From Eledone cirrhosa (taxonomy: Eukaryota), in contig OZ024744.1 of assembly GCA_964016885.1 (NCBI GenBank), positions 65,162,001 to 65,226,000 of the forward strand: 64,000 nucleotides of DNA, in the 5' to 3' direction. The notes under the pieces were generated by a model. It saw nothing but the letters and a program-made list of their open reading frames with translations. It did not search any database and was not told the DNA's origin. The position numbers were made by a program, and so were the translations under genes. Below are positions 34,505-47,891 of the stretch, piece after piece (the first letter of the stretch is position 1; every line of letters begins with the position of its first letter).

Positions 34505-35670
34505 CGAAAAAGACTAAGGTCCTCGTAAGTTGACAAGAAAACAGAACCCAGATCCCCTCAGGGAAATGGATTTGCTCAGTAGGTAGGAAAGGTGTAGGTA
34601 GGAACTCCATCCTCTGCCCCAAATGCAAACAATGGGTACACAAGAGATATAGTGGGATCTTAGACAGCTTAGCTAAGAATGTAGGCTTCACATGTAGCAT
34701 CTGTGCTGAGACAGCAAACAGCAAACAGCCACAGGAAACAAGCACCACCAAACTCTGGGAGGGCTCTGTAGAAACAGTAGACAGCTTCTGCTACCTAGTT
34801 GACCGAATTAGCAGTGGAGGTGGTGTTCGGAAAGTACAGTAACTAGGGTAAGAACGGGGTGGAAGAAGTTCAGGGAACTACTGCCACTGTTAGCTGCAAA
34901 AGGCTTTTCCTTCAAAGTGAAAAGCAGACTGTATAATGCCTGTATACGAACAGCAATGTTACATGGTAGTGAGACCTAGGCACTGTCTGTAGAAGACTTG
35001 TGTAGATTAGAAAGAAACAAAGCTTGCATACTTTGCTGGATGTCTAATAGTAATATACGCGAACGGCAAAGCATAAACGAATTGAGAGAGAGACTGAGCA
35101 TAAGAGGAATCAAATGCTGTGTGCATAAGAGAAGGTTGCATTGGTATGGACATGAGATGCATATGAAGGATGACAGCTGCATAAAAAGGTGCAGAGCACT
35201 AGAAGTCGTGAAAGCCGTGGAGTGGGGAGGCCCAAGAAGACCTGGGATGAGGTGATAAAAGCCGACCATACCCATCTCAAAGGCATGACACAGGACTGAG
35301 ACCTCTGGCGTTACGCAGTAATACAGAAGACCCAAATTCCCACTGGTACAAGCCGAAGATGCAGCATATAGTCAATATGCCCCCACCCCCTCCCACTGCA
35401 AAGTGGTCATGGAGGTGCCATGGCAAAAAAGCACCCAGCCCACACTGTAAAGTGGACATGTAGGCACCACAGAAAAAAAGCACCCAGCACTCACTGTAAA
35501 TGAGGTTGGTGTTAGGAAGGGCATCTAGCTGTAGAAATCAAGCCAGAATCAGTTCCCGTATGAGCAAGACAAGGTCAGCCGACTGGACACTGCCCACAAC
35601 AGGACAACCCGTCTAACCCATGCTAGCGTGGAAGAACGGACGTAAAATGGTGATGATGATGATGATGATA
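34505..35670 (+). mobile_element. 5'-truncated, decayed RTE LINE with 3' UTR and (GAT)n tail
   Basis: KTKVLV..IPSGKWIC, RTGWKKFRELLPLL, RLHWYGH. Confidence 0.92.
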
Positions 35671-35741
35671 TGTATATAGTAATAATAGCAATAATAATAA
35701 ATGCGAAGACTAAAAATCCAAATAAATTTATATATATATAT

Positions 35742-38700
35742 ATCATCATCATCATCATCATCATTTTACGTCCGCTTTTCCCTGCTTGCAAGGGTGGGAC
35801 AGGTCTTATTCAGCACAGCATCTCTTCACTCGTCATGGTCCTTCGTCATCTCCACCGTGAGCTTCAGTGATCTGAGGTCTGTTCTCACCACCTCCGCCCA
35901 TGATTTTCGTGGTCTACCTCTACCACGTCTTCCTTCAACTGGCATTTCCTGGAACTTCTTCACCCATTGGCCATCCTCCATGCGCATCACATGTCCATAC
36001 CACCTCAGTCTCCTCTCTTGCACACTACATTCTCTCAGACACAGTTTCTCTCTCAACATTGACATTGCACATCCAACAGAGCATGCTTGCCTCATTTCTC
36101 TCCAGCCATCGCATATCCTCTGCAGTTGCTGCCCATGTCTCACTATCATGCAGCATCGAGCTCCTCACAATGGCATCATATAACTGGCCTTTCGTACGCA
36201 GGGAGAAACCCTTCTTCGTCAGCAGAGGAAGCAGCTCTCTAAACTTCTTCCAACCTGTCCTTATTCTAGATACTATGGCCTCGGAACACTCCCCTCCCAT
36301 GCTAATCTGATCTCCTAGGTACCGGAAGCTATCCACCACTTCTATAGCACCCGCCTGCATTTGAAAAATGTGTCTATCAATACGACTTCTACTGTCTAAT
36401 TTCCCTGTACATCTACTGCATACATATTTCTCCCTACCTGTTAGTTTGCCTGCTATCCCACTACATCTCTTGTGTACCCAGGATCTGCAGTGTGTGCATT
36501 TTATAGAATTTATGCCAGTTCCTTTTCTGCATATCGAACATGGCCATTTCGCTGATGGAATCAGAGTTTTGTCCTCTTTTCTACTCATCAACACTTTTGT
36601 CTTAGTTAGGTTCACTCTCAGTCCTCTTGTCTCCAACTGCTGTTTCCATAGCCAGAATTTATTCTCTAGCTCCTCTACTGATTCTGCTATAAGAACCAGA
36701 TTGTCAGCATAGAGAAGTTTCCATGGACAGCCAGTCTTAAACTCCTGTTATGGCTTGGAGGACTATAATGAACAAGAGCGGGCTGAGGACTGAACCTTGA
36801 TGTACTCCTACTTGTATCTGGAATTCCTCACTAAACTCCATTCCTACCCTGACTTTACTGACAGTACCTCAGTACAAATTTTTCACTGTCCTCACAAGCC
36901 ATTCCTCAACACCTAGTTTCCTTAGGGACCACCAGATAACAGATCGAGGTACCCTATCAAAGGCCTTCTCTAGGTCAACAAAGGCTAAGTATAGTGGCTT
37001 ATTTTTCTCTAAGAACCTCTCTTGTAATTGTCTCACTAAGAAGAGGGCATCTGTTGTACTCTTCCCAGGCACAAAACCAAACTGCATCTCATCTAGTTTG
37101 ACCCTTTCTCTAATTAGTTGTGCTAATATCCTTTCTGCCACTTTCATGACCTGATCCATCAGTTTTATACCCCTATAATTGCTCCTCTCCAGAGCATCGC
37201 CTTTACCTTTGTAGCAATTTATGAGAATACTGCTGCACCAGTCTTTGGGTATGACACCACCATATATAGCCTGATTGATGATGCATGCAACCAGTTTAGT
37301 GCCTACGTCCCCTGATGCCTTCAGCATCTCAACAACTATCCCCGATGGTCCAGCAGCCTTTCATTTCCTTAATCGCCTCTTGGACCCTATATTCGTCAAT
37401 CTCAATAGCTGGTCCCTCTGTCGGATCTACTGAGGGCAATTTCTCTCTCTCTCCCATTCGTTCTCCACATTCATCAGTCTCTCATAATGACATTTCCAGG
37501 CCTCCTTTTTCTGATCATTCGTGACACTAAGTACACCGGCATCATTCCGGACACATTTATCTCCAACAACATCCTGATTTGCATTGACACACTGCCTTGC
37601 AATGTGGAACACCGCAGACCTCTGATCTTCCCGTCGCAGAACATTGGCAAACCTCCTACTCTCAGCCTCCCTGCGTGCTAAGTACACCTGATGTCTAGCT
37701 TCTCTCTTAGCGGCTGTATATCCTTCTCTACTCCCACCCTTTTTCCAAGCCTTCCATGCTAGTCTTTTGTCTCTAATGGCCTTATTTACTGTGCTGTTCC
37801 ACCACCAGGTCACTCTCTGTCTGGTTGGAGCTCTGCTCCAGCCACAAGTTTCATCAGTAGCCTGCAGTAAGTTGTCACGTAAGAAATTCCAGTTATTATC
37901 TATGTCATACGTCTCTAAATTGTTTTCTTTTTCGTCATACACATCTTGAAGGGCTTTCATAAATTTGTATTTTAGTGAAAGGTCTTTTAGCTTCCAGACC
38001 TTTCTTCTCCACACCTTCCTGTATGTCTCATTCCATCTCTTGCTTACTGAGATATCACTAACGACTAACCTATGGTATGCCTTGCTATTAGACACCATCT
38101 GCCTGTCCCGCTGCCTAACTAGTAAGAAGTCAATCTGGCTTATGTGCTCACCTGATTTGTAGATTATTAGGTGGTTGGCAGGTGTCTGGAAGTTAGTGTT
38201 GCAAATAGTCAGTGAACTTGCATCACAAAATTCAAGAAGTCTCACTCCTTCTTCATTTCTTGAGCCGTAACCGTGCTCACCATCTACCCTAGTGTAACCA
38301 TCCTGGAGCTGTCCAACATGACCATTGAAGTCCCCTGCTAGCATAACGATGTCTCCGTCCTCTGTCATTGCGGTTGTTTGTAAAATTTGCACGTAAAAGC
38401 AGTCTTTCTCTTCTTTGCCTAGGCCTACTTGGGGAGCATAGGCAGAGATGATTGTCAGTAGTGTCCTGCCTACAACTAATCTAAGCTTAATTGATTGATT
38501 ACTAACTCGAACTGCCTCTATTGTCTTATTGATCCATCTCTCAGCCAGGAAAATGCCTACTCCCCCTAACCCATCATCCTTACCTACCCAGAAAAGCTTA
38601 TAGCTAAGATGTTTGCCTGCGACTAGTCTCGCAGAGGCACCTCTCCATCTCACCTCTTGCACGCAGCACACATCCACATGCCTTCTCTCCAGCATCTCCG

Positions 38701-38960
38701 CTATTTCAGCAGATCTACCTCTGAGAGTGCCAACATTAAGTGTTGCAACTCTGAGATGCGACGTCTTCATATTTTGTTGTTGTTCCTATTTGTTGCTGTG
38801 CTGATAAGCGTTAATTGATACACTGGTTGGATGCCCTTCCTAACACCAGTGCCACTTTACAGCATGGACTGGGTGCTTTTATTTGTGTCACCAGCACTAG
38901 AGAGGATGTCTTACTGGACTCATGGGCCCTCTCTACCCCTCCATTTTACAGCATGGTCAT
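35742..38960 (-). mobile_element. Near full-length RTE LINE (APE, RT, PHD), frameshifted; a distinct family with a short 3' UTR
   Basis: ATG at 38770 MKTSHLRVATLNVGTL, VCCVQEVRW, SAYAPQ, GDFNGHVG, SQIDFLL. RT ORFs at 36869-37327 and 36025-36636; (GAT)n tail at 35742-35763. Confidence 0.96.
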
Positions 38961-39394
38961 AAAAAAGAAAAAAAAAACACTTATTGACACTCACGGCTCA
39001 CACACTCACTCACACACCAACACTAATGCATACAAACACACACGCCACTCACACACCAACACTCATGCATACAAATACACACGCCACTCACACACCAACA
39101 CTCATGTATACAAACACACACACCACTCTCTCACACACACACATATATATATTACTGTCAGTACTGATACAAAATCAAAATCATGTCAACTGTTGACTTT
39201 TCCAGTTCAGTTTTATATAATAATAATTGTTTGCTTTACAGCATAGAGCAACGGCTCTCCACTCTCCGGACCCAAAAAACAAGGTACCAGCAATACGCTG
39301 GGACAGTCGCTGCTCCATGCCAAGAACAGAATAGTTATTTAGTATTCAGTAATGTACTGAATATATATATATATATATGTATATATGTATATAT

Positions 39395-39655
39395 ATTAAT
39401 TAAAAATATTAACAAAATAGATATTCTGTGATCAATTATATTTTATTATACATATTTCAGAGGTACTGAGTTAAGTTCAACAGTACATCCTCATCAGATA
39501 AAATAAAATGATAAATGACATACCCTGACATATTAGATGGTTAAGATTTAGTCATGGTAGTACCATGGTAGTACCATGGTACTACCTCTGAAATATGTAT
39601 AATAAAATATAATTGATCACAAGAATATCTATTTTGTTAATATTTTGAATTAATA
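39395..39655. repeat. Penelope-like fold-back (arms about 70 bp), with a diverged relative at 39770-40020
   Basis: 39397-39466 is the reverse complement of 39584-39653. Confidence 0.8.
39441..39503 (-). ncRNA. Type I hammerhead ribozyme (AUA triplet)
   Basis: Minus strand ttttat-CTGATGA-ggatgtactg..cagtacctct-GAAA-T-ATGT-A-TA-ataaaa. Degenerate sister at 39915-39975. Confidence 0.78.
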
Positions 39656-40021
39656 TTAATAACTCTTGAAAACCTTAACCGTTGAGTGCTTCCAATCTAT
39701 TGTAAAACTCATTCTTTGATGTATGCATTGAACCTTGTTTAACTTTTAAATATATATATATATATATAACCAAAGATTAATATGGTTCATTGATTACTCA
39801 ATGAATACAGTTTTACAATAGATTAAAAGCACTCAACTGTAAAAATATTCCTGGAGTTTTAATATTATTCAAAATATTAACAAATGAAGATATTCACATA
39901 ATCAAAATATATGCTTTATTATATATTTTTCAAAGGTACTGTGTTGTTTTTTCAGTACGTCCTCATCAGACAAAATATATGATTTGATATATGACATACC
40001 GCTACGGTCTTGATAGTTCAA

Positions 40022-40085
<64 letters not shown>

Positions 40086-40738
40086 TTTCTCTCTCCCTCA
40101 CTTTATGTGTGTGTGTGCGTAATTGTAATCATAGATGTATGTATATATATGTATATACGTATGCATGTATGTATATATGTATGTATATATGTATGCATGT
40201 ATGTATGTATGTATCTATGCATTTATGAATGTATGTATGTGTGTATGTGTGAGTGTGTGTGTGTGTGTGTCTGCGTAAAATTAGTAGCTAGGTCAAAGAA
40301 GGTGATATGGGCGAAGGATAAGCAAGTTTATAGAAAAACTATACCAGCATGATTCATGGAGCTATACCTCTTTGCTATTAACAGATAACGTAAACATTGC
40401 CAGGTAGCAGCGGCTTTGGTTGCTGTTTTTAGATGGCTTGTTCCCTTCAATGTATGTGTGTGTGTATGTCTGTGTGTGTGTGTGTATGTATGTATGTGTG
40501 TGTGTGTGTATACATTCATAGTTTTGTACATACATACATACATTCATACATATATACATTCATACATACATACACACACACGCACACATACATACACACA
40601 CATACATACATGCATGCATACATACTTACATGCATACATACACGCATATACATACATACAAACATCCATACATATATATATATATATATATGATGATTTA
40701 TACATACATATACATACATACACACAAACACACACACA

Positions 40739-40769
<31 letters not shown>

Positions 40770-40774
40770 ATATA

Positions 40775-41580
40775 TCATCATCATCTTTTCCATGCTTGCA
40801 AGGGTCGAAGGGGTCTTTTCCAGCATAGAATCCCTCCACCTTTTGCTGTTCTTTGTCATCTCTGTGAGCTTCAGTGCTTTGATATCATCTCTCATAACCT
40901 CTGCCCAGGTCTTCTTTAGTCTTCCTTAGTCATCCTTAGTCTTCCTTTATTGCAGTTTCTTCCCCCTATCTGGTCTTCTTCCCCCTATCATCACTGTTCA
41001 TGTCTCACTACTATGCAACAACGCACATTGCACACAGGCATCATACAGCTGGCCTTTCATTCTCAAAAACAGTTTTCAAGCAAGCTAGTAGCGCTCTAAA
41101 CTTCTTCCAACTTGTTTTTATTGTAACTACTATGCTCTCAAAGTCAGGGCCTCCAAGAGAAATTTTGGCAAAGTGGTACAAGACCCCTCTGGGGCCCAAA
41201 GCAGGCAAAGATTTTTCTCAAAATGAATGTTGCATGTGTGCTGTGAGGCCTTCTTAGCTCTTGGGCCTCGGAACAAAGTACTAGCTGGACTGCCCTCTCA
41301 TAGGCCCTGCTCGTAGTATCCTCCTCCACAACTAATTAGATTACCTAGGTAGCAGAAGCTATCAACCACTTCTACAGATCCGTCCTGATATCGGAAAAGT
41401 TTACTTCACTGATGCTCTTACCACAACCTATCCCTGTGAATCTATTGCATACAAAATCTACTATTCTGTTTGCTTGCCCACTACACCCAATGTGTACCCA
41501 ATATTTACATTGTGTACATCAAATAGAGCTTTTACCTACACTTTTTCTACATTTCAAGTACAGCCACTTTCCTGTACCTG
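40775..41580 (-). mobile_element. Decayed RTE 3' part with an unrelated insert at about 41143-41320
   Basis: (CAT)n tail, SWKKFRAL, VVDSFCYLG and a PHD remnant. Confidence 0.7.
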
Positions 41581-42203
41581 TTTTGTTAAGTCCCAATGAA
41601 TAGGATCAACCTAAATATACCAAAACTGCAGGGATTTCCAGAGTTTGACTGACCAGATGGGACCGTCCATCTTTCTGTTGCTTTCTTTCGATTGTCTTTG
41701 TCCTATACACTTCCTATTTTGAATTGATATCCTAAAGACTTAGTCATGCGGGCTCTTTTTTAAACTATCAAATAATAGACATCACACCACCTGGCCTGTT
41801 CTCCCCTATTCTCCTGTCTTACTTTTTCTACACCTCAGTGTCCTTCTTGGTATGCACATTGGACTTCAGTCCTTATTCTCTTCTGTTTTACTATTTCTCT
41901 CCTGTCTATATTGTTGTTTTCCTTTGGCTAAGCCCTCCTGCATCGGTCTCTCCTTTCTTTGTCAGTTGACACACTTGGGATACTTTTTCTTCTACATTTG
42001 TGTAATTTTCCTAAAGGTATAACTTGTCTCTACCTGTTTTGTTATGTCCCAATGTGTACTGGAATCAATGGTATCAACCTTAATGTACCAAAACTGTAGT
42101 GATTTCCAGAGGTTGACTGAGGAGATGGGACTGTCTGTCTTTCCGTTGTTCTTTTTCATTGTCTTTGCTCTGTGCACCCCCTATTTTGAATTTATATATG
42201 TGG

Positions 42204-42354
<151 letters not shown>

Positions 42355-43084
42355 AGTGCAAACATACTATCTTGAAGATAGTGTATTTTGTATTGATACC
42401 ATTGTATTATATTCTCCTATAGTATATGTATATTATAAATGTAAATACTAATCACTGGATGATGATTCGTGATTGTAGAAGCAATTAAATAAAAGGGTAA
42501 TCGATGGAAGACCCTCATTGTCTATTTATGTGTATATATTCCTAATGGATTAAGATTTAGTACCCATTATATCTGAGGATATGAAAGATGAAATCATGAA
42601 TTGTAAGCCCCTCATACTAGATATAAATTTGACACCATCATCAATAGTTTAAATTAACAGTTCTTTAATCACAGCAGATGAATGGAGAATAGGTGGTAGT
42701 AATACCTGTCCATTACCACAACAGAGGATTTCTCTGGGAACTTCTAAAGAATCTTTCCTTCAACCACCTGAATGTGACCACATTTAGAACATTTCTCATC
42801 CATCTTATCACATAGTTTATTTAAATTCCATCTTATTTTGTTTTAATCATCAATTGTCTGATGTTTGGACTGTGTTTGGGTAATCATGTTTAGTATGTTT
42901 GAGGCAGATATTGATCATTTCCACATGAAAAATAATTTTCTTCCATCTCTTTCTCATCAGTATGCTATTATATCACCATTTTCGTGTTTCCTTGCAGAAC
43001 ATGCCCTGTTCTTTCATTATGCTGTATTTGTAACTTTTACTCAGTATTGAGGAAAGAATGGAATATGAAAATATTTCAAGATAC

Positions 43085-43368
43085 AGCCCATCTGTAAAGT
43101 GATTGTAGGTGTCACAGCAGAAAGTACTCAGCACATACTGTAAAGTGGTCGTGTAGGTGTCATGACAAAAAACACCCAGTCCACACTGTGAATGAGGTTG
43201 GCACTTGGAAGGGCATCCAGCAGTAGAAACCAAGTCAAAATCAGTTTTGTGTGTGCAAGACATGATCACCTGACCTAGAATTTCCCATAACGAGACAACT
43301 TGTCTAACCCATGCTAGAGTGGAAACATGGACATTAAACGATGATGATGATGATGTTGATGATGATGT
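43085..43368 (+). mobile_element. Short RTE-tailed non-autonomous element; further copies at 45070-45296, 48175-48380, 48390-48598, 49245-49430 (-), 59665-59883
   Basis: CACTGTAAAGTGG repeats, GGAAGGGCATCCAGC, CCCATGCTAG and a (GAT)n tail. Confidence 0.8.
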
Positions 43369-44049
43369 TTGTATGTACTGGCTAACTGTAACAGTGTGAA
43401 TCAGTTAACAAATTATCTTTGATCAGAGTCACTCCGACCATGACCATCCTGGCTTTTACCCATTTTCTATCTACCTCCATGTGTGATAGTTATTGGGTCA
43501 CCATCTTTTTATACATCTGTAAGATGAGATTCAAATAACAGGTGTAACACTCTTATCTCATCAAAAATTCAGGTCACAATTATTTAAAACTGAATGACAG
43601 AAATGACATGAGTTTGCACCTGTGCATAAGCTGTTGTCAGGACTGAACCAGGTTTTGAGGAAATTTCATACATCATTACTGCACAGGTGTCAAGGAGTGT
43701 CACAACAGAGATGTATTGTTATACATACATAGCATGCTGTTTATTCATGGTTCTTTCTAAATCGAATGAGTTGCCATTCTGAAACTATGAGATCATTTTG
43801 TCTAACAATTAATGAGATTTAATGCCACCGCAGATAAATTAACTCATGTTGCCTTCATACAAGTGTGACTTTGCTATATTCTGTTAAGTATATGCATTCC
43901 TAATTATAGATTTGTTCCTGAAACTACATGAAGGCTTGAGCCTTGTTTATATATATTTTGTTACCTATTTGCAACACTATTTTGAAACTGCTACAACAAC
44001 CAACCTTTATCTGGTTTCATGACACTGAACAACCACTAAATCCCTTCAG

Positions 44050-44300
44050 TAGGGGCAGGGTATTCAAACTATTTCAATGAGCAATCGTGAGAAAAAATGT
44101 CTGCTGATGAATATGCAACCTGTTCAAATTGCTTATGCAATTGCTGTGGATATGCAGTTGTAATTGAAACTGCACATTCAGTTGAGGCATTAGAAACCAC
44201 TATGGTCCAGATAAATATGTTTTTTATTGGTAAAATTTGAAATGTGTGATTTCCAATGCAAATGACTGCAACAATAGTCGATCACTATAAATAATAGTTG
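44050..44300 (-). mobile_element. Possible ancient hAT transposase C-terminal remnant
   Basis: With one frameshift the minus strand reads IYL/TIVVSNASTECAVS, resembling the hAT dimerisation motif LTxPVSNASxERxFS. Confidence 0.3.
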
Positions 44301-44917
44301 AGAAAACTGAGTAAAGTACCCCTAGAAACAGAAAAACATGGAAAAGGTGTCTGCAAAGAATCAAGCTTCACATCTCTCAAATGCCATCAATTTCATCTTT
44401 TGAGAGGATTTTAAGCTTGTAGCCAGAAGTTTAAAAAATCAAGAGGTTGCACACATTGAGGCAATCTGTTATATTCATCAACAAGAAAACTGACCTAACA
44501 TTGTACTGTCACCAGAAAAAATTTCTTGTCAGTCAATTGCAAACCACTGATCCTGGACACCCAAGAAAAACCACATTAGATCCACCTAGTCTTGTACATG
44601 TCTTGTACATGTGCAGGGTTGACTGCCCTCACCCTCAAACTGGCATAGCAACTGAACTCTGAACCCCTCTGTCTAAACTCAAACCAACCTCACATCAGTA
44701 GGGGAGATACCAGAATCATATACACATTGATCCTGTAGCAAACTCAGAACACTGCTTACAGACAACTATCAATTCTGTTGGAGCTGATGATATGGTGCAA
44801 ACAGCTGTTATGTTAGCAATTCAGGTTACAAATATGAGAATTTAACATCTCATGCTCTACCAGTTCACCAGCTTTTCCATTTCAAATTTTACTAGTTTTT
44901 TATCCCATCTGAAAGGG

Positions 44918-45026
44918 CTGTTTGTATTTACAAACTGTTTGTATTTACAAACTGTTTGTATTTACAAACTGTTTGTATTTACAAACTGTTTGTATTTACA
45001 AACTGTTTGTATTTACAAACTGTTTG
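44918..45026. repeat. 17-bp minisatellite CTGTTTGTATTTACAAA, six perfect copies
   Basis: Directly visible. Each unit contains the inverted repeat GTTTGTA-TT-TACAAAC. Confidence 0.96.
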
Positions 45027-45295
45027 GTAATACAAAATTAAGTTGAACAGTTAATATAACGTACAAAGCTGACACTGTAAAGTGGTCATATAGATGTCAC
45101 AACAATAAGCACCCAGCACTCACTGTAAATGTGGTTGGCGATAAGAAGGACATTCAGCTGTAACAAACAAGCCAAAATCAGTTCCGTGTGTGTGAATCAA
45201 GATCCTCTGACCTGATCTCTCACAAAGGGACTGCTCATCCTACCCATGCTAGCATGGAAAATGGACGTTAAACGATGATGCTGATGATGATGATG

Positions 45296-45329
<34 letters not shown>

Positions 45330-45333
<4 letters not shown>

Positions 45334-45836
45334 ATATTTGAGGATGACCAAGTTGCCGATTTTGCCAATAAAAAACACATGCAATAATTGATTTTCATTT
45401 CAGCTTTGTTATTATTAATCATTGGTTATTTTGTCGAAGCTCTTTCGTCACACATTCTGTGACCTCCCCAATGACTATTTGTACTTCTTCTCTGAGTCTC
45501 ATCTTCTTTCTGGCCTTATTCTTTTTATTCTATCTTTCTTTTCCTTGCCTGTGCATTCATTTGCATTTGTGCCACAGCGTGTTCTTTTTTTTCTCATGTG
45601 ACCTATTTTGTCTTCTATCATTGCATTGTAGGGTGGAGGTGTTACTAGTCCATTCATGTTTTCTGTTGAAATTTGGTCTACTTTCTATTATGTGTGTGGC
45701 CTCCATAATTTGTCTGAGTGTTGTGTTGATTCTATCTGAAAATAGGTTCTTTACTTCTATGTTATCTATCGAGCCATATGTTCTAGTTTGGCATGTAGCT
45801 ATGTGAGAATGTCAGCCACTAGTTTTTCAGGATTTT

Positions 45837-45840
<4 letters not shown>
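45330..45840 (-). mobile_element. Penelope-like element 3' end (GIY-YIG tail and pseudo-LTR), bounded by (TA)n
   Basis: Minus strand LRQIMEATHIIESRPNFNRKHEW (ExxxIxxxxPxLN motif), with a degenerate hammerhead at about 45433-45475. Confidence 0.78.
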
Positions 45841-45897
<57 letters not shown>

Positions 45898-46229
45898 GAT
45901 GGTATCCCAAAGGGAATTGGGAAAAGATCATAGTAAAATAATGTGCTCAATAGTAAAATAATGTGCTCAGAATAAGCATATATATTATTTAGAAATTACT
46001 TCTATATTATTAGAACTGTTTCAGGACATTCCTGATGATTTCAAACAAATGAAATAGTTCTACTCCTGTAGAAGTCATTTCTATATATGCATATGTATTA
46101 TTATAAATAATTTCCTAGCAGAGTTGCATGCTACCTAATATTTCAAAGTGTACTCTAGCATAAGTTATAGAGATGCTATATCTGTTAATTTTGTCTATCG
46201 TTGATGGCTGAGAGAAAGGAGTACTCAAT

Positions 46230-46555
46230 ACCAAGGTAGAGTTTTGATATTCATTTCATTAAGGCTAAATAGGGAGTTTGTAACTCTGGAGTTTTGCCTG
46301 CTAAAACTCATTAGCATTTAAACCAGTTGTATCTGACCAGAATTCTCTCACGACTTTCTATTCAAACTGGTTGTAACCAGCCACTCATACTGATGTTAAG
46401 GTATTGTTCTTAACATAAATAATATCAGAAACTCATAGATTTGATATTATTTGAAAATACAATAGTAAATATAGAGTAATATAAATGTTAAAGGGTTAAA
46501 CAGGCGAAACTCCAGAGTAACAAGACTCCCTATTTAGCCTTAATAAAATGAATAT
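46230..46555. mobile_element. Penelope-like fold-back with a piggyBac-like MITE (46302-46499) at its apex
   Basis: ATTAAGGCTAAATAGGGAGT..CTCTGGAGTTTTGCCTG is inverted to CAGGCGAAACTCCAGAG..ACTCCCTATTTAGCCTTAAT, with the MITE body between. Confidence 0.82.
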
Positions 46556-46559
46556 ATAC

Positions 46560-46631
<72 letters not shown>

Positions 46632-46919
46632 ATTTGCATATGTGTATGTGTAATTCCTTCTTGTACCAATTCATAGAAATCAAGATACTTATGCCTCCTT
46701 CTCTGCTACTGCTGCTGCTGCTGCAGCCAAATGTTCCAGTTTCCTCAAAAATCCATTTTGTGGTACCTTGCTCCGACTAAGTTGTATGATCAGCTCAACT
46801 CACTTTACCATGTTGCTCCTTACTTGAATATATTTAGTAGAGTATGTGAGGAATTATAATGTTAACACACATATGAACATATACTTTTGTATTTGCATTT
46901 TGCTCATCTGTTTAACATC

Positions 46920-47002
46920 TTATATATCATCCCCATCATCATCATCACCACCACCATCATCATCACCACCACCACCACCATCATCATTATCATCTTCATC
47001 AT

Positions 47003-47063
<61 letters not shown>

Positions 47064-47157
47064 CCATCATCATCATCATCGTCATCACCATTTAATATCT
47101 ATTTTCCATGCTTTCATGGATTAGAGAGAGTATATATGTATGTATGTGTATATGTAT

Positions 47158-47197
<40 letters not shown>

Positions 47198-47423
47198 ATA
47201 TACATATATACACATATATATATATTTACATATATTTACATATATATACATATATATGTGTATATATGTATAAATATATATATATATATATATATACATA
47301 TAAATACATACATCTACACATACATATATATGTATATATATATACTCTAATCCATGAAAGCATGGAAAATAGATGTTAAATGGTGATGACGATGATGGTG
47401 ATGATGGTGATGATGATGATGAC

Positions 47424-47474
<51 letters not shown>

Positions 47475-47500
47475 GATGATGATGATGATGATGATGATAC
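46920..47500. repeat. Inverted duplication of an RTE tail plus (CAT)n around a TA-rich spacer
   Basis: CATTTAATATCTATTTTCCATGCTTTCATGGATTAGAG (47089-47126) is inverted at 47345-47382. Confidence 0.88.
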
Positions 47501-47559
47501 ATATAACTTATATATATATATATATATGTTTATATGTATATATATGCATATATATATAT

Positions 47560-47891
47560 GTTTATTTGTATATAGCAAATAGAAAATATTTGATGGGAAT
47601 GCTCATTTGCATATACTATGAACTTGGTAGGTTATAATTAATTGGCAGTAGCACTAAAATAGTGTTGAGCTTGGTAGGGCTGTATATGAAAGCATATATA
47701 TATGCATATATATATATATAGCAAGGTTCCCATATATTCATTGTATATAAACATATAGCATATGCTTTCATATACAGTCCTACCAAGCTCAACACTATTT
47801 TAGTGTTACTGCCAATTAATTATAACCTACCAAGTTCATAGTATATGCAAATGATCATCAGATATTTTCTATTTGCTATATACAAATAAAC
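47560..47891. repeat. Inverted repeat, arms about 135 bp
   Basis: 47560-47698 versus 47760-47891. CTGATGA and GAAAGCATATGCTA boxes on the minus strand suggest a PLE origin. Confidence 0.88.

Noticed and set aside
44918-45026. 17-bp palindromic repeats as CRISPR repeats or iterons
   Set aside because: No spacers and no associated genes.
46846-47637. Poly-His, poly-Ser, poly-Asp and poly-Met ORFs
   Set aside because: Translations of (CAT)n RTE tails.
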